The notes below the pieces were generated by a model. The model made no database searches. It had not been told where the DNA came from and saw only the letters and a program-made list of their open reading frames with translations. Shown here one piece after another: positions 1 through 13,894 of a DNA stretch of 64,000 bases (its first letter is position 1; each line of letters begins with the position of its first letter). The DNA is from Eledone cirrhosa (lineage: Eukaryota), in the NCBI GenBank assembly GCA_964016885.1, contig OZ024744.1, positions 72,540,001-72,604,000 on the forward strand, written 5' to 3'. A program made the position numbers and the translations under genes.

Positions 1-1
1 G

Positions 2-1684
2 AATGAGGTGGAGCTTGTCGTGGATGGATCTGTCGGGAATGGCGCATGTCTGTGCCTCTCCCACCAGACCATCAACGACAAGCGCCAACCTCTTTGCTAG
101 CACCTTGGCCAAAATCTTGAACTCTGTGTTTAGCAGAGTTATGGGCCTAAAATTATCTATGTTATCCCCCTTGTTCGGATCCTTTCTCAGCAGCGCCACC
201 GCTCCTCGGCTCACAGAGCTGGGAATTCTCCCGTTCTGTTGCCAGTTGCAGTAGACGTCCGCCAAGAGGCCTCCGAACAAGTTTGGCATTTGTACGTAAA
301 GTTCATAGGACAGACCATCCAAACCAGGCGATTTACCCCTTGTGCAACTAGTCATTGCATCCCGTACTTCAGCGGTTGTTATCGGCTTTTCGCAACACTC
401 CGCCTCAGTGGCTGAAAGCCGCGGCAGTCCGTCGAGGTAGACACTAAAGTCCATCCCTCGATCCGGCCCGCCACTGCCCCCGAACAGTTGAGCGAAGTGT
501 CGCTGAAAAGCTTCACACATTTGCCCGGGATCGAGTAGCATGCGCCCGTCGTGGTCCACCAAAGACCGGATCGTGGCTTTATTGCCACGACGCGCCTCCG
601 CCACTCGGGCCCATTGAACGGCTTTCGTCCCCTCGTGTCTGAGAGCACGCACCCTAGCTCTGACAACGCAGCCTTCGTGCTTTGCATTGAAGAATTGGTC
701 AAGGGCCAATTTCGCCGCAAGTAAGTCGGTCGCAATGCCTTTGCTAAGCGCCTCATCTAATTTTCTAACTAGTTCTCCCTCTGCTCTATTTTTCTCTATT
801 GCTAAAGTCTTACTAAACCTAATGGACTCTATTCTAATGGCTCTTTTCAGAGCAAACCACCACTTGTTGTTGACGATGTTGTTGACTAGTTCGCTAATCC
901 GGTCTCTGTAGGCCTTGCGCGCTGGTAAAGACGCGTTTAGCTTCCAGTAGCCGGGTCCTCGCCTATGAAGCCTATCTAAGTCAAGCACACAGATCACGAA
1001 TTTGTGGTCCGTGTAGCTGACTATCTTGAATTGTGGACAGCCTATGCTAGACCTATCTATTTCCCTACAAAATACTCTATCTAGATATGATCTGGATGAC
1101 CCTATGCGATTTGTCCAAGTCCACATTGGTACATTCGGGAAATCCATTCGGTACCTGTCAGACAGTTCAAAACGTCTGAGCAGGTTGGTGAGACTCTTGC
1201 ACCCTCCTTCCCTATCCACTAATCCCACACAATCCCAGCGTGCATCTAAGATCCCGTTCCAGTCGCCCACTAACACTAAAGAGCGGGACGTTCCAAGAAA
1301 GATCTCCAGACGCCGGAAGGAATCAGGCCGCCCTGCTCCTGTCGGGGCATAGACGGCCACTAACCTGAAAGCTTGCCCGTCTCCGCTGGTCACGTCCAGC
1401 ACCACCAACTTACCTTCTGGGTCCAGGAAGATGGCCCGTATGGCAAGATCCAAACCTCTCCGAAAAAGCACAGCAACTCCTCTCCCCGATCCCGGACGGC
1501 TGGGAGATGCGTACACATCGTAGCCGCCGAAGATCGGTGCGAAAGCCTGTGCTTCGGAGATTCTGGTCTCGCTGATGGCCACTACATCTATGTTTAGTGA
1601 CCTGAGGTCGTTGAGCAGGTGGCCCTGCTTCCATGACGACCCCAAGCCACGCGCATTTATGCTGCCTATTCTGAGTGAGGTCAT
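2..1684 (-). CDS. ORF2 N-terminal part: APE endonuclease + start of reverse transcriptase (L1/Tx1 type)
   Basis: Manual translation gives MTSLRIGSINARGL...IDVVAISETR at the start and KSPGLDGLSYELY...NFRPITLLNTEFKILAKVLAKRL...QTCAIPDRSIHD near the end. Both ends are in the same frame; the middle was not fully checked. It is absent from the ORF track, consistent with no stop before the window edge. Confidence 0.85.
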   Translation of the reverse strand, partial: MTSLRIGSINARGLGSSWKQGHLLNDLRSLNIDVVAISETRISEAQAFAPIFGGYDVYASPSRPGSGRGVAVLFRRGLDLAIRAIFLDPEGKLVVLDVTSGDGQAFRLVAVYAPTGAGRPDSFRRLEIFLGTSRSLVLVGDWNGILDARWDCVGLVDREGGCKSLTNLLRRFELSDRYRMDFPNVPMWTWTNRIGSSRSYLDRVFCREIDRSSIGCPQFKIVSYTDHKFVICVLDLDRLHRRGPGYWKLNASLPARKAYRDRISELVNNIVNNKWWFALKRAIRIESIRFSKTLAIEKNRAEGELVRKLDEALSKGIATDLLAAKLALDQFFNAKHEGCVVRARVRALRHEGTKAVQWARVAEARRGNKATIRSLVDHDGRMLLDPGQMCEAFQRHFAQLFGGSGGPDRGMDFSVYLDGLPRLSATEAECCEKPITTAEVRDAMTSCTRGKSPGLDGLSYELYVQMPNLFGGLLADVYCNWQQNGRIPSSVSRGAVALLRKDPNKGDNIDNFRPITLLNTEFKILAKVLAKRLALVVDGLVGEAQTCAIPDRSIHDKLHLI

Positions 1685-1794
1685 GTTGAAAAGGAGTGGA
1701 AAAGATGGGAAAGACCACTTACCTTACTTCTCGTAGGGGAAGGACGGTTTTTCCATTCTTTTCACTGCTTGTGGCCTCCTCAGGAAGGATGTCC

Positions 1795-3545
1795 TTATAA
1801 ATCCTCCTGGAGAGTGCTTGTCGGAAGTCTCCGATGTCTTTGGGGAATTTTTGTTTTAGTGTCATGTACGTTTTCTGTGTGATGCGAGTGATTTGTATGT
1901 GTGGAGTTGGTGTGAATTTTGGGGTTGTTGTGTAGTCTTTTTCTGTGATGCTGGTGTTGTGTTGGATGTAGTGTAATAATTACTTGTTGTTCAAATTTAA
2001 TGCTGTGTAGTGTGTATCGTTTTGGTTGTTTTGTTTTGTTTGCGTTTGTTGTGTGTTTGTTTCTGTTTCGCATTTTGGTGACTTTTGTGGTGTAGGTGAT
2101 GGTGGTGTTGGAGTTAATGATGGTGATGGTGTTGGTGTTTGGGTTGATGGGGTTGGTGATGCTGGTGTGGATGGTGGCATATCTGTCCTAACTTTTTTGT
2201 TTCTTAGTTTATTTGTTTCCCTCTGTATTTTGTTTTTGGAGGGGGAAGGAAGAGAATTTTTTCTTTTTTGGTTTCTTTTTTTTTTCCGGATATCGTTTCC
2301 CACTCCTCGTCGTCACAATCTGTCTCCAGTTGTGATAGGCCGGGGAGTGGAAAATCCTCCACAGGCGTTAGTTTTGGTTGTGGCGTGGTGGATTGTGTAG
2401 GCGCTGGTGCTAGTTCTGAAGCGTTGGGTGGTGGTGGTGTTGGTTTTGCTGGTGGTGGTGGTGGTGTTGGTTTTGCTACTGTTGCTGGGGTTGTTGCTGT
2501 TATAGTTGCTTCTGTTGTTGCTGCTATAGTTGTTGCTGCCATCTCTGCTACTGGTGGTGTTGATGGTTGTGTCACTGGGTTGGGTAGGAGAGGTGGCCTC
2601 AACCTTTTAGCCTGAGGGCAGAAAGCCCTTAGGTGCGTTCCTTCACCACAAACGACACACCTAGGTCTTCTGCCCTCGACAATTACCGTGAGGTGGCTGC
2701 CGTCAGTGAGGTCTATTACCTCTGGGATCTCCTCAATGCTTTTTTGGTCCGCTTGGATCAGGAGCTCCATCCCAGATCCGGACCAGTTCTCCTGCTTTTC
2801 TTTTGCTATTGCTATTATTTTTGTGTTGGCTTCGATGCCGGCGAGGACGGCCGCTATTAGCCAGGGAATTTCGATGGCCGGTGGAACGTGGGTCACCCTG
2901 ATCTTTACGAGTCTCTGGCCACAATAGCTTGGGACGAGTGTGAAGTCGTCACTTCTTAATGGGGCCATGGAGTGTTCTCTAGCCTCCTCTGGTGTTTCAA
3001 AGAACACGTCCACGGTTCCATACTTCTGCCCACGTCTGATGTGGGTTTTTCTTGCCCACACATGTCCCAAAGCTTTTTGGATTTGGGACTCGGATGCCCG
3101 TTCCACTCGGCGCGATTTTACATTTATCGTTCGATACGACACGGTGCATAGGCGCCGATGCTCCATTTTATTAGGTGGGGAGGGGGTGAGGCTGACCCTG
3201 TACCCATCTTTCTTTACCATTTGTTTGGCATTTTCTAAATCCTCCTGAGTTACCGTAAATGCTTCGAACTGTTTTGCTACTATTGCAAAACTGAGGGTCG
3301 TTTTTATAATGTCATTGTTGTTGTTGTTGCTATCGTTATTTGTGTTAATATTAATTTTAGTTTCAGTTGTGGTGGTGGTGACGTCAGTCGTCTTTGGTGG
3401 GGGAAGAGTCCATTTTGCTTGATTTCATTTCGACATCACGAGTTAATTTATTTTTTTCTTCTTTTGTTTCTGTTGTCGCGGTGGTGGTGGGGGTGGTGGT
3501 TGTCGCGGTGGTGGTGGTGGTGGAGGCTTTAACACCTGCAGTCAT
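1795..3545 (-). pseudogene. ORF1 (gag-like, CX2CX4HX4C knuckle, Pro/Thr-rich), split by frameshifts
   Basis: Core 2204..3220 contains CVVCGEGTHLRAFC. The N-terminal piece (MTAGVK from 3545) and C-terminal pieces (1980..2303, 1795..2073) are in other frames, with shifts near homopolymers at ~3400 and ~2280. Confidence 0.75.
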
Positions 3546-3913
3546 TGGTAATGGCGGGAAATGAATGTCTGCCTGAGACAAATTTAAAATATTGCTACTG
3601 CTTATATTTTTTTTGTGTTGGCAAACGTAGAAACATTTACAATGGTGGTGTCGGTGTGAGGTGTTAATTTGTGAGGAAGGCTTTCAGCTGCTTGGTGCAG
3701 AGGTGAATTAGCCTTTTTTTTCAAAGAAATTTTTTGATAATAATAAGAGTTTAAATTTTGGGCACAAGGCCCCAATCCTTTTGGGTGTCCTTTTCGGAAA
3801 ACAATGTATGTGCGCTTATAAACAGTTAACAATAAAATTTTCCCTAAATGACAATTTTTAACAAACGGAAATAACAAACCTTTGCGATGACACGATTTAC
3901 TACGTAGGTCGCC

Positions 3914-4255
<342 letters not shown>

Positions 4256-4355
4256 GATAGCAACTAACAGTGCTGCGATCGAATGTGGCTTTTTAGCCCA
4301 GCCAATAATCTAAAATGTCTTGCACAGAGTCGGCAACCAAAACATTCACTGGGAA
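4256..4355 (-). mobile_element. 3'-terminal fragment of an RTE(BovB-like) LINE
   Basis: Encodes CRLCARHFRLLAGLKSHIRSQHC*, the C-terminal C2H2-like motif of RTE-BovB ORFs. Confidence 0.6.
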
Positions 4356-4415
4356 TACATACATACATACATACATACATACATACATACATACATACAT
4401 ACATACATACATACA

Positions 4416-5005
4416 TGGTGGCTGCCAACTCGTTTTCGAGTACGGCCACTACTTTATATCCATGTAGGAGATCCCCTACCGATGCGCTGAACGAGTGTGA
4501 CTTTTTAGTCCAGCCAGCGACTTGAAAACTCTGGTACAAACACTACACTTGTGACAATTATTGACACATAGTGCTGGGCCCATGGTACCATGTGACGACA
4601 AGTGCAGAGAGATCTCCAGATATAAAGCAATGCCTGTGCCGTGAAGTTTTTATAGTGAGCAAAGGCACTGCACAACGCCAGTCCCACTCTCTTAACCAAG
4701 ATGATATTTACCAAAAAGAAGAACAAGTCAACATCATTGGATACCATCAGGGTTGTAGGTGTTATATCAGAGTTTTCCTTCTCCTAGAATTCTGCCTTGA
4801 CAAAGGCTAAGGAGTTATCTCTCCCGGTGATTTTGGATGGCCATTGACTCTTAAGAGCTCCTTTGCCCAGGTCAACAGCTGGTGCTAATGGTAACATGTA
4901 TCCCAGTACAACCTGTCTCATGGTGGGGTCGTTGGCGACTAAACTGGCAACCCCTCCAAGGTTTCTTGGTGAGGAGGGTGACTTTGGACATCCTGCAGGA
5001 CTAAA
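4416..5005 (-). mobile_element. Non-autonomous bipartite RTE-derived element (5'UTR-like part + 3' end) in (TATG)n
   Basis: Contains CTAGGAGAAGGAAAACTCTGATA (RTE 5'UTR-like motif, ~4757-4787) and CSVCTRVFKSLAGLKSHTRSAHR* (4476-4547), then runs into (TATG)n. No RT lies between them. Confidence 0.55.
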
Positions 5006-5508
5006 AACATACATACATACATGCGTACATACATACATACATACATACATACATACATACATACATACATACATACATACATACATGCGTACATACATAC
5101 ATGCGTACATACATATATACATACATACATTCATACATACATACATACATGCGTACATACATACATGCATACATACATACATGCATACATGCGTACATAC
5201 ATACATACATACATACATATATACATACATACATACATACATACATACATACATACATACATACGTGCGTACATACATACATACATACATACATACATAC
5301 ATACATACATACATACATGCGTACATACATACATACATACATACATACATACATACATACATACATACATACATGCGTACATACATACATTCATACATAC
5401 ATACATACATACATACATTCATACATACATACATACATACATACATACATACATACATACATACATACATACATACATACATACATACATACATACATAC
5501 ATACATAC
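5006..5508. repeat. (CATA)n microsatellite
   Basis: About 500 bp of CATA with CGTA/TGCA variants. Confidence 0.95.
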
Positions 5509-7780
5509 TATTCCTTCAAGATCACTGTGAAAATAATAACATCATCACAGATGAACAAGCATCTGGAAAGAAAGGGGTTTGTGGATGTGCTGAACCTCTC
5601 CTAATCAACAAACCTGCGATGTCGGAGGTGCGACAACTTAGGAGGAAGATGGCTACAGTCTGGCTGGACTACAGGAAAGCTTTCGATTCTGTTCCCCACT
5701 CTTGGATGATAGAGGCCCTCCAACTTGCTAAAGTCCCACACATTATTGTCAGAGCCATAGAGAGGCTGTCTTCTTCTTGGGTTACTATCCTAAGGTTAAA
5801 GACAGAGAGGGAGGACTCTATTTTCACTGATAAAATAAAATATTGCAGGGGTATATTTCAGGGGGACAGTCTCTCTGTGATATTGTTCATCTTGTCATTA
5901 AACCTCTTGTCCTTTCTGCTCAAGAAATGTGAGGGATACATCATTGGCTCACACGAGGACAGAAATACGAACCTAACCCATAATTTCTTTGTGGACGATC
6001 TGAAACTATATGCCAAGAACATGGATGGGATGAAGAAAAATCTTGACCTGGTTACAACGTTCTCAAAGGATATAGGAATGGAGTTTGGCCAAGATAAATG
6101 CTCATACACGACTGTAAAGCGGGGAAAAACAACAACCCGATCTAGCAACATTGTCATCAATGGTCTAACTGTTTCACCGATATCTGATGAGGACTGCTAC
6201 AGATACCTGAGGATAGATGAGAACATATCCTATAATGGTATCTGTAATAAAGAACGCGTAACCAGGGAATACTACACCCGATTAAGAAAGATCTGGTCAT
6301 CGGAACTCTCTGCGCAAAACAAAACAGTGGCTCACAATGTGTTTGCTGTGCCTGTCCTAACACCAACGTTTGGAATACTCAATTGGACGATAGACGAAAT
6401 CCGAGCAGTTGATGTTGGAACTCGAAAAATACTGAACAACACCGGAAACTTCCACATCAACAGTGACATAGATCGCCTTTACTTGAAACGTAAGCAGGGA
6501 GGCAGAGGCCTAACATCAGTCCAGACAACATTTGAATGTCTCATCATATCTCTCCGACAACATCTACGAACCTCAAAGCGTAGGAGCCCGCTTCTCGAAC
6601 AAGTCTATCTGCATGAAACAGATAAGATCATAAGAGTTGGGAAGGAACTCCTTGAGAGATATTACCTGTGTGATAATCAAAAACTCACACCCATGGAGTA
6701 TCGCAGTGAATCCATGGATGAAAAACTGCATGCCTATCAGCAAAAAATCATGCATGGATATGTTGCCAGGAAGCTCCAGAGTGAGAGTAATATAGATAAG
6801 GAAAGTAATCTATCTTGGACCAACAACCGCTATATTGGCTCCCACTTTGAAGGATACGCTTTTGCAATCCAAGAACAGGAGATTAGCACGAAATACCTGA
6901 TTCACAAAAGAGATAGGGATGCAGGCAAAACACCTAGATGTGATAACAAGTGCAGACTCTGCAGAACTAACATCGAGGATATCGCCCATGTCATCAGCAG
7001 CTGTCCAAAGATGTCATCGCGGTACTATCTATCAATGAGGCATGATGTAGTGGCCAAAACACTGTACAATGCAGTTCGTAAAAAAGATAGCCTCGATAAT
7101 AAACACATTAAAAGTTACAACAATGTGGAAGACATCCATGTACATAATATGAAAGAGTAATGGTGGAATGTTCCAGTAAAGACCCCAATAAAATGCAGGC
7201 ATAACAGACCAGATATTATGATATGCGACAGGGAGAAGAAAACGTGCACAGTAGTGGAAATTAGCTGCCCAGCAGATGCCAATATAATATCAAAGATTAG
7301 TGAAAAGGAGAATATTTATGCAGAACTGATGAGAAATCTGCAGATACTCCACCCTGATTACACCTTCAGATTTATGCCTGTGATTATTGGGGCACTGGGA
7401 TATGTTAGTAACTGCCTCAATACAAATCTTGAGAAGCTAGGCTTCACAGGAACAGAGAGAACACAACTAGTTAGGAAACTACAAGTACAATCCATTAATG
7501 GAACAGTAAAAATATGTAAAACATTCCAAAAATTTTGCATCTAATAACTGCATATACATATGTACAGATAAAAAGCATATACACATGCACACATACAACT
7601 CAAAACATCCACATCCACACATACAATAACAGCCATATCTACACATGCAGACATTCATACATATCTACCTAGTTGATGTTGTGTAAATTCCAATGAGAGA
7701 GTCTTGTGTCTATGTTAGAGACCGACTCTCTCTCTCTATTGGTAAAACTTTGTGAAATTATAAAACCAGAAGAACATACA
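5509..7780 (+). mobile_element. R4/Dong-clade LINE copy 1 (5'-truncated; RT + CCHC + restriction-like endonuclease)
   Basis: Motifs WLDYRKAFDSVPH, GIFQGDSLS, FFVDDLKLY, GGRGL, CRLC..HVISSC, RHD, RPDI, VEISCP. One in-frame stop at 7158-7160, and the frame continues to 7544. A ~230-nt 3'UTR ends GAAGAACATACATAC. Confidence 0.9.
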
Positions 7781-7809
7781 TACATATATATATATAGGCA
7801 TACATACAT

Positions 7810-9565
7810 ACTCTATGCCAAGAACATGGATGGGCTAAAGAAAAAGCTTGACCTGGTTACAATATTCTCAAAGGATATAGGAATGGAGTTTGGCCAAGAT
7901 AAATGTTCATATATGACTGTAAAGCGGGGAAAAACAACAACCCAATCTAGCTACATTTGTATCAATGGCCTAACTGTTTCACCGATATCTGATGAGGACT
8001 GCTACAGATACCTGGGGATAGATGAGAACATATCCTATAATGGTATATGTAATAAAGAACGCGTAACCAGGGAATACTACACCCGATTATCGGAACTCTC
8101 TGCGCAAAACAAAACAGTGGCTCACAATGTGTTTGCTGTGCCTGTCCTAACACCAACTTTTTGAATACTCAATTGGACGATAGACGAAATCCGAGCGATT
8201 GATGTTGGAACTCGAAAAATACTAAACAACACCGGAAACTTCCACATCAACAGTGACATAGACCGCCTTTACTTGAAACGTAAGCAGGAAGGCAGAGGCC
8301 TAGCATCAGTCCGTCCAGACAGCATTTGAATGTCGCATCATATCTCTCCGACAACATCTACGAACCTCAAAGCGTAGGAGCCCGTCTCTCGAGCAAGTCT
8401 ATCTACATATACAGATAAGATCATGAGAGTTGAGAAGAAACTTCTCGAGAGATATTCCCTGTGTGATAACCAAAAACTCACACTCAGGGAAGTTGCTCAG
8501 CAGTATCGCAGTGAATCCATGGATGAAAAACTGCATGCTTATCAGCAAAAAATCATGCATGGATATGTTGCCAGGAAGATCTAGAGTGAGAGTAATATAG
8601 ATAAGGAAAGTAGTCTATCTTGGACCAACAACCGCTATATTGGCTCCCACTTTGAAGGATACGCTTTTGCAATCCAAAACAGGAAATCAACACGAAATAC
8701 CTGATTGACAAAAGAGATAGGGATGCAGGCAAAACACCTAGATGTGATAACAAGTGCAAACTCTGCAGAACTAACACCGAGGATATCACCCATGTGTAAA
8801 GATGTAATCGCGGTACTATCTACCTATGAGGCATGATGTAATGGCCAAAACACTGTACAATGCATTTCGTAGAAAAGATAGCCCCGATAATAAACACATT
8901 AAAAGCTACAGCAATGTGGAAGACATACATATACGTAATATGAAAGGGTACTGGTGGAATGTTCCAGTAAAAACCCCAATAAAATGCAGGCATAACAGAC
9001 CAGATATTATGATATGGGACAGGGAAAAAAAGGCGTGCACAGTAGTGGAAGTTAGCTGTCCAGCAGATGCCAATATAATATCAAAGATTAGCGAAAATAG
9101 AATATTTATGCAGAACTGATGAGAAAACTGCAGATACTCCACCCTGAGTATGCCTTCAGATTTATGCCTGTGATTATTGGGACACTGGGGCATGTTAGTA
9201 ACTGCCTCAATACAAATCTTGAGAAGCTAGGGAACAGAAAGAACACAAATAGTTAGGAAATTACAAGTAGAATCCATTAATGGAACAGTAAAAATATGTA
9301 AAACATTCCAAAAATGTTGCATCTAATAACTGCATATACACATGTACAGATACTAAGCATACACATGCACACATACAACTCAAAACAAACACATCCACAC
9401 ATACAATAACATCCATATCTACACATGCATGCAGACATGCAGACATAATCTACCTAGTTGATGTTGTGTAAATTCCAATGAGAGAGTCTTGTGTCTATGT
9501 TAGAAACCGACTCTCCCTCTCGATTGGCAAAAATTTGTGAAATTATAAAACCAGAAGAACATACA
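7810..9565 (+). mobile_element. R4/Dong copy 2 (5'-truncated, frameshifted)
   Basis: Highly similar to 6007-7780, starts at LYAKNMDG, and has the same 3'UTR ending GAAGAACATAC. Confidence 0.9.
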
Positions 9566-9577
9566 TATATATACATT

Positions 9578-9997
9578 CTTTATGCCTCTGATTATTTGGG
9601 CACAGGGGTATGTTAGTAACTACCTCAATACAAATCTTGAGAAGCTGGGCTTCACAGAAACAGAAAGAACAAGACTAGTTTGGAAATTAGATGTACAATC
9701 CATTAATGGAACAGTAAAAATATGTAAAACATTGCAAAAATTCTGCATCTAATAACTGCATATACATTTGTAGAGATACAAAGCATATACACATGCACAC
9801 ATACAACTCAAAACATCCACATCCACACATACAAAAACATCCATACCTGCGCACACATGCATGCATACAGACATGCATACATATCTACCTAGTTGATGTT
9901 GTATAAATTCCAATGAGAGAGTCTTGTGTCTATGTAAGAAACCGACTACCTCTATTCGAAAAAGATTTGTGAAATCATAAAACCAGAAGAACATACA
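9578..9997 (+). mobile_element. R4/Dong copy 3 (3' ~420 bp)
   Basis: Matches the end of the RLE and the 3'UTR of copies 1-2; followed by (CATA)n. Confidence 0.85.
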
Positions 9998-10044
9998 TAT
10001 ATACATGCACACATACATACATGCATATATACATACATGCGTAC

Positions 10045-10075
<31 letters not shown>

Positions 10076-10286
10076 CATACATAATACATACATACATACA
10101 TACATACATACATACATACATACATACATACATACATACATACATACATACATACATTACACACAACATCAGGAGACCTAAAGGAAAACTAGAGACGTGA
10201 TTTGGAGATACAAGATTTAAAACCTTAAACTCCACACTACACCAGATAAAACAATAACTCACAGCTACAGCTGAAAAACTAGAATA

Positions 10287-10500
10287 CAGGGTGACCACAA
10301 AAACACTCCGAGCTTGATTATCGCATTGATGTTTGCCAAGTAACAAAAGGGGCACACATCCAGTGTCTATGATATCAACCGATACCACATGAAATTTTGT
10401 TAGTTTTCTTCAACTGTAGGCACCAATACTGCAAAAATATTCATTTAAGTTTCCATATTATAAGTATTTGAAATCAAGGAGTGTTTTTGTAGTCACTCTG
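10287..10500. mobile_element. Tc1/mariner-type MITE
   Basis: TIRs CAGGGTGACCACAAAAACACTCC and GGAGTGTTTTTGTAGTCACTCTG, with TA on the left flank. Confidence 0.7.
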
Positions 10501-12059
10501 CATAATTCTACAGCGTATAAACGGCGAATGCTGTTTAGGTTATTTGCCAGAAATCTCAAGTTAGTTTCTCTTAGCTTTAATGTGAAAGGCTCAATTTCTG
10601 TAAAAGACATCTCGACAAAAGATCAGGTTGAGACCTACTGGAGATCTGTATGGGAAACAAATGGTGAATTCAACACACAAGCTGTATGGTTAAAGGAACT
10701 AGAGCAGCACTACTGCCAGCATGTCCAGCAAAACCAATATGAAATATGCGTTGTAATAATGAAAACAGCTCTATAGATTATGCCAGAGGAAATCCGTGGG
10801 CCCAGACCTCACAACAGGTTATTGTCTGAAGAATTTCACCTTTTGTCGGTGATATCTCATACGGTTGTATGGAGAAAATATCAGGAGCACACAAGAACTC
10901 CCCCAATGGTTATCAACTGTCACTACCCTGCTCATCCCTCAAAATAACCAAACCACGCTTGCTAAAAATTACTGCCCAATAGCCTGCCAGAATATCATGT
11001 ACAAATTATACACTGGATGCCTCAATCCGTTCTTGCAGGATCATTGTGCCACCAACAACATTATAACACCTGAGTAAGCTGGAGGGAAAGAAGGAGTTGT
11101 GGGGCTCTATAGAGCAGCTTCTAATTAACCAAATGATCCAAGAAAAAAAAAAAACAGTAAAGAATCGCAGTAACTGTAATGTAGTTGAACTACCAGAAGG
11201 CTTTTGATAGTATACCACGTGGGTGGATTATCAAGGCTTGACAGTTAACCAAAGTCCCACATCTACTAGGAGCTGCTATCGAACGTTTGGTACACCACTT
11301 TGTTGCTTATTGGCGATAAGAAGCAAATTGAGTCTGTTAGCATTCAGTATCAAAAAGGTACGTGTCAGGATGTATCTTGTCAGTTCTGTTCTGCGTCCTT
11401 TCATTAAACCCATTATCATACCTGCTCACAAAATATAGTGGCTATAGAACTATCTCCCATTTTTTCTTAGTCGACGACTTGAAATTGTATCGGCTAAATA
11501 TCAACCACATAAAAAAATTGGACCTCATTACACAAATTTCTACAGACATTGGAATGAATTTGATGTTCATTTTTGACAATAAAACATGGAATAGTTGTGC
11601 CCTCCTCTGAAAATGTAAAAATTAATGGTTTGACGATACAACCTCTACAATCAAGAGATCTTGGTTACAACAAGAATGTCCGATATGATGGACCCATAAA
11701 CAAGGAGAAGACCATGAATGAATACACCAGAAGAGTATATGGTCATCAGAACTCTCAGCGTACAAGCACAATACCCACAATATTTTTGGTGTGTCCAACC
11801 TAACGCCAACATTTGGCCTGCTGAACTCATCCTTGCAAGATCTGAACGAGATAGGTATAAGGACTCGCAAGCTGCTCAGTGTTACTGGAAACTTTAATAT
11901 CAATGGTGGTGTGGATAAGCCATATTCTCACACCAGGAGGGTGATCAGGGCCTAAAATCTGTATTAACATCATACGAGACTCAGATATTAACACAGAATC
12001 AACATCTTCAACAGAAGAACAAGGTCAGCAGCCATCTTGCCCAAGATTATGAGCATGGT

Positions 12060-12357
12060 AATAATTGTTTCTATTTTAGGCACAAGGCCAGCAATTACCC
12101 AGTACATTACTGGTACTTTATTTTATCGAACCCGTAAGGATGAAAGGCAAAGTTAACCTTGACGGGATTTGAACTCAGATCATAAAGGGCCGGAATTCTA
12201 TACTGCAAAGCATGGCGTCAGACCCTCTACCGATACTGCCAATCCACCGACCTTTGCCAATCAACCGACCTGCATGATAATAATAATTGTTTCTACTTTT
12301 GGCACAAGGCCAGCAATTATCACAGTGTATTACTGGTACTTTATTTTATCGACTCCC
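12060..12357 (-). mobile_element. tRNA-derived SINE family 1 (one full + one partial copy)
   Basis: Reverse complement of the family-1 consensus (see 14907). Confidence 0.85.
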
Positions 12358-13134
12358 TAGAAGAGAGAAATGAAAATAATCTGATACACGTCTCTACTCA
12401 ATGCTCGAACAAAATTTCAAAAGTGGACCAATTCACTGAGAATGTTGTACATGGGTACAAAAACATAGAACATAGAAGGTATAAACCATACTAAAAGACT
12501 GACATGGCGTTCCGACAAGTCATACCCCCATGGAATCTAGGAACAAGAAATCCCCGCTAGGTACCTGCTTCACAAAAGAGGAAGCTCATCAGTTGACAAA
12601 AGATGTAGGCTGTGTAAAACCAAAATCGAAGATGTTAGCCACATTATTGCAAACTGTGAAAGAATGTCGTTTCGTTACTACCTCTCCGTTAGGTATGATG
12701 AGAAAACAAGAACGATCTGGAATGTATTACTGAAGACGAAAATCAAATCAAATAGAGAATACTGGTGGAACCTAAAAATAAAAACAACCACCAAATTAAA
12801 GCACAACCGGTCTTATATTGTTGTTTGGGACCATACATTAAAAACATGCTTTGTTGTATTACCGTCATTATTGGAGCTACAAGTATTTTACCAATCCGCC
12901 CGGAGCAAACTATAACTGAGCTTGGATTTGTGGAGAAAGAACGTTACTCCCTAATTCGTAAGCTACAAATGGCCGCAATATCTGGAACCTTCAAAATCTG
13001 TAAAACATACTTACAACTCTAAGAATGAATGCATACACAAGTAACGACGACCATTTCGTTTTCTTTACTACATTGCCACCAGGAAGGTGGCCGATCAAAA
13101 ATAAACTCAAAATTAAGAAAAATAGAGAACATAC

Positions 13135-13345
13135 ATACATGCATGTAAGCATGAATACATGCATACATAAATTTGTATTTTCATACATGCATACATACTT
13201 GCATGCATACATACATACATATACATACATTCACGCATACATACATACACACATACATACATAGATTCACATAGATACATTCACATACATACATACATAC
13301 ATACACATACATATATACATACATACATACACATACATACATTTA
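13135..13345. repeat. Degenerate (CATA)n
   Basis: Directly visible. Confidence 0.85.
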
Positions 13346-13469
13346 TATTTAACATAAATGGAATATACCCTATGACCTAGCAAAGGTAAGTGATAATTTG
13401 GCGTCCGAGTTTTTTTATGACTGACAGAGCAAGCCAAGCTCTGAAATCTGTGTTACGTAGCTTGTGTGA

Positions 13470-13894
<425 letters not shown>

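Larger units (their letters stand above)
1..3913 (-). mobile_element. Tx1/L1-clade non-LTR retrotransposon, 5' part (runs off window at position 1)
   Basis: ORF1 with a CCHC knuckle is followed by an APE-RT ORF2. The 5' end abuts a (TTA)n/(AAT)n microsatellite at 3914. Confidence 0.85.
10157..13140 (+). mobile_element. Older, divergent R4/Dong-clade copy (degenerate), with MITE and SINE insertions
   Basis: Remnants VETYWRSVWE, YCPIACQNIMYKLYT, FLQDHC, FLVDDLKLY, YWWNLKIKT..KHNR, RKLQMAAISGTFKICKT. Ends GAGAACATACATAC. Confidence 0.8.

Noticed and set aside
4784-5604. MYVC/HTYI ORFs and the N-terminal ~215 aa of ORF 4863..7160
   Set aside because: (CATA)n read-through; Dong homology begins only at ~5511.
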